From: Rhodosorus marinus CCMP1338
Lineage: Eukaryota; Plantae; Rhodophyta
NCBI GenBank assembly: GCA_029953675.1
Contig: JAMWBK010000002.1
Coordinates: forward strand, 2,542,001-2,606,000
Length of the DNA stretch: 64,000 nucleotides
Direction: 5' to 3'
A model generated the notes under the pieces. That model saw only the letters and a program-made list of their open reading frames with translations, did not search any database and was not told the DNA's origin. Below are positions 62,498 to 64,000 of the stretch, in pieces (position 1 is the stretch's first letter; every line of letters begins with the position of its first letter). Both the position numbers and the translations under genes were made by a program.

Positions 62498-63352
62498 ATG
62501 GAAGCGTTTTTGAACCTTAATGTCGCCGGCGTTGGGAGCTTGGCTGCGCGGAGGAGGAGCTGTTCACCGAGAGCTAGGCCGAGGCCTCTTGGGATGACCC
62601 AGATGGCGTCGTTTGATCGGGTATTAGGTGACATGATGAAGTTTCCAAAAAGCTTGTTTGAGAAGAAACCGAAGGAAATGCATGGGGCTATCTCAAGTAG
62701 TGACATTGATAGTGGCATGGAGAACCGTGAACTGATGATCCTTACCACTACGATAGTCGCCAAAGAGAACAGTCAGGATAAAATGGTGAGTTACATCGTG
62801 GACAAGAAATGTATGGTTACAATCCGTTGCTCAAGGGGTCAAAATTGCTATGTGTGTTTTCTGTTGAGATAGGCGGTCGCGTTGAAGAAACTCCAAGACG
62901 CGACTGTGGAACTAGAGGTCCCGGACGTATGCAAAACGATTGTGGTGAACCAGGATCCGGTAAGATGAGCATAGAAAACAGTTTGGGATGTGAAAGCGTT
63001 CTAAACAGTGCCTTTGCTTTTTACAGGAGGAGTTGAACGTATTTCAAATGATTGAGGTTTTGGTTGGACTCAATGGGATGACCTCGCATCAAAAGAGCTC
63101 CCACTATCAGACATTTATTCGTGAAGCGCAGCCCTTGCTTGAAAATAGTCTCGGTGTACATATCTGTCGAGTAAGCTCTGGTTGAGACAGCCTGGGAGCT
63201 TCACGTTTTTGTTGTCCTAACACATCGCCGAGCGTTTGTTTTGTTCTGCTGTTCAGGTACGTGACGGACAGGTTTCTGATGGACTATATCCTTTTGGACC
63301 CGGCGGAGAAGGAGGAAGGGACGACATGGTCTATTCAGGAAAGACGGTCTAG
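62498..63352 (+). CDS. Plastid-targeted ABM (antibiotic biosynthesis monooxygenase-like, dimeric alpha/beta barrel) protein
   Basis: Transit MEAFLNLNVAG... Spliced: AKENSQDKM|AVALKKLQDATVELEVPDVCKTIVVNQDP|EELNVFQMIEVLVGLNGMTSHQKSSHYQTFIREAQPLLENSLGVHICR|VRDGQ...KTV*. The E...H..S.H pattern of ABM domains is present. Confidence 0.7.
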
Positions 63353-63719
63353 GTTTTACGTCAATCGCAGCTATACACAAGCTAGCTCCATATGAATGTA
63401 TCGATAATAAATGGGACAGACTCAATTCGGAAAGGTTCACATCGAAGCTCAGACCGGCTAGTTCGGTGCTTTTCTCACCGGATTCATTCACAGGCAAACG
63501 CTTGCATTACTGTGCTCGAAAACGAAACGAAAGCGGAGACGCACGCGAAGACGGAGATTCCTCTACATTCCTGAGATCTGCCGGAACTCTAAACAAGATG
63601 TCAACCACGACAGGAAACAACAAAAAGAAAAGAAAAAACAGAAGACGTGAGCATTAACCAAACCATTCGTTTGGAGAATCCATTGCATATTCCTATCAGG
63701 CGATCTCCCCCCAATCCAA

Positions 63720-63772
63720 ATTCCGCCTCCCTCATCCACCCCCAACAATATTCCGCCTCCCTCATCCACCCC
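63720..63772. repeat. Two exact 23-bp direct repeats (period 30)
   Basis: ATTCCGCCTCCCTCATCCACCCC at 63720-63742 and 63750-63772. Confidence 0.85.
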
Positions 63773-64000
63773 AGCCTTCTACAGTCCTACTTTCAAAATC
63801 ATTGAAAAAAAGAAAACGAACTTACGTGATTTCGAGCACACCGAAGACTCATCTAAACAAAATAATTGTAAATGATTGTATTTTTGATCAAAATACACCA
63901 ATTCCATCATAATTGGTTTATAAAACAATCAAAAATCACTATTAACCAATGAAAACTTCGTATGTAACTCTAATATGCCAATAAAAATTGCTGTTTAGTT

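Overview
Compact, intron-containing eukaryotic nuclear DNA. Introns are GT-AG and mostly 45-150 nt. Plastid transit peptides of the M-x(0-4)-(A/G)F(V) type, plastid GapA, COQ7, TDO and a chlamydial-type TGT point to a red alga (inference). About 22 protein-coding genes can be reconstructed by manual splicing: LAP 3' end, TDO, GapA, rubredoxin, a GT31-like protein, a FIST protein, Mpv17, a small plastid membrane protein, TGT, COQ7, plastid PDH E2, COQ4, ribokinase, a Pro-rich CaaX protein, BRF1, LAMTOR5, a C2H2 zinc-finger protein, RSM22, RER1, an At4g00755-like protein, ATP10 and an ABM-domain protein. The standout is a three-exon gene at 45021-45754 encoding a complete 76-aa ubiquitin fused in frame to a complete 104-aa mitochondrial-type cytochrome c that has no start codon of its own. 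Its 5' leader has an inverted copy about 1.2 kb upstream. Accessory stretches (12.2-13.1, 16.0-16.4, 35.7-37.0 and 41.9-44.0 kb) hold degenerate inverted/tandem repeats and probable retroelement relics. No tRNA, rRNA or CRISPR array was recognised. All calls come from reading the sequence; no database searches were run.
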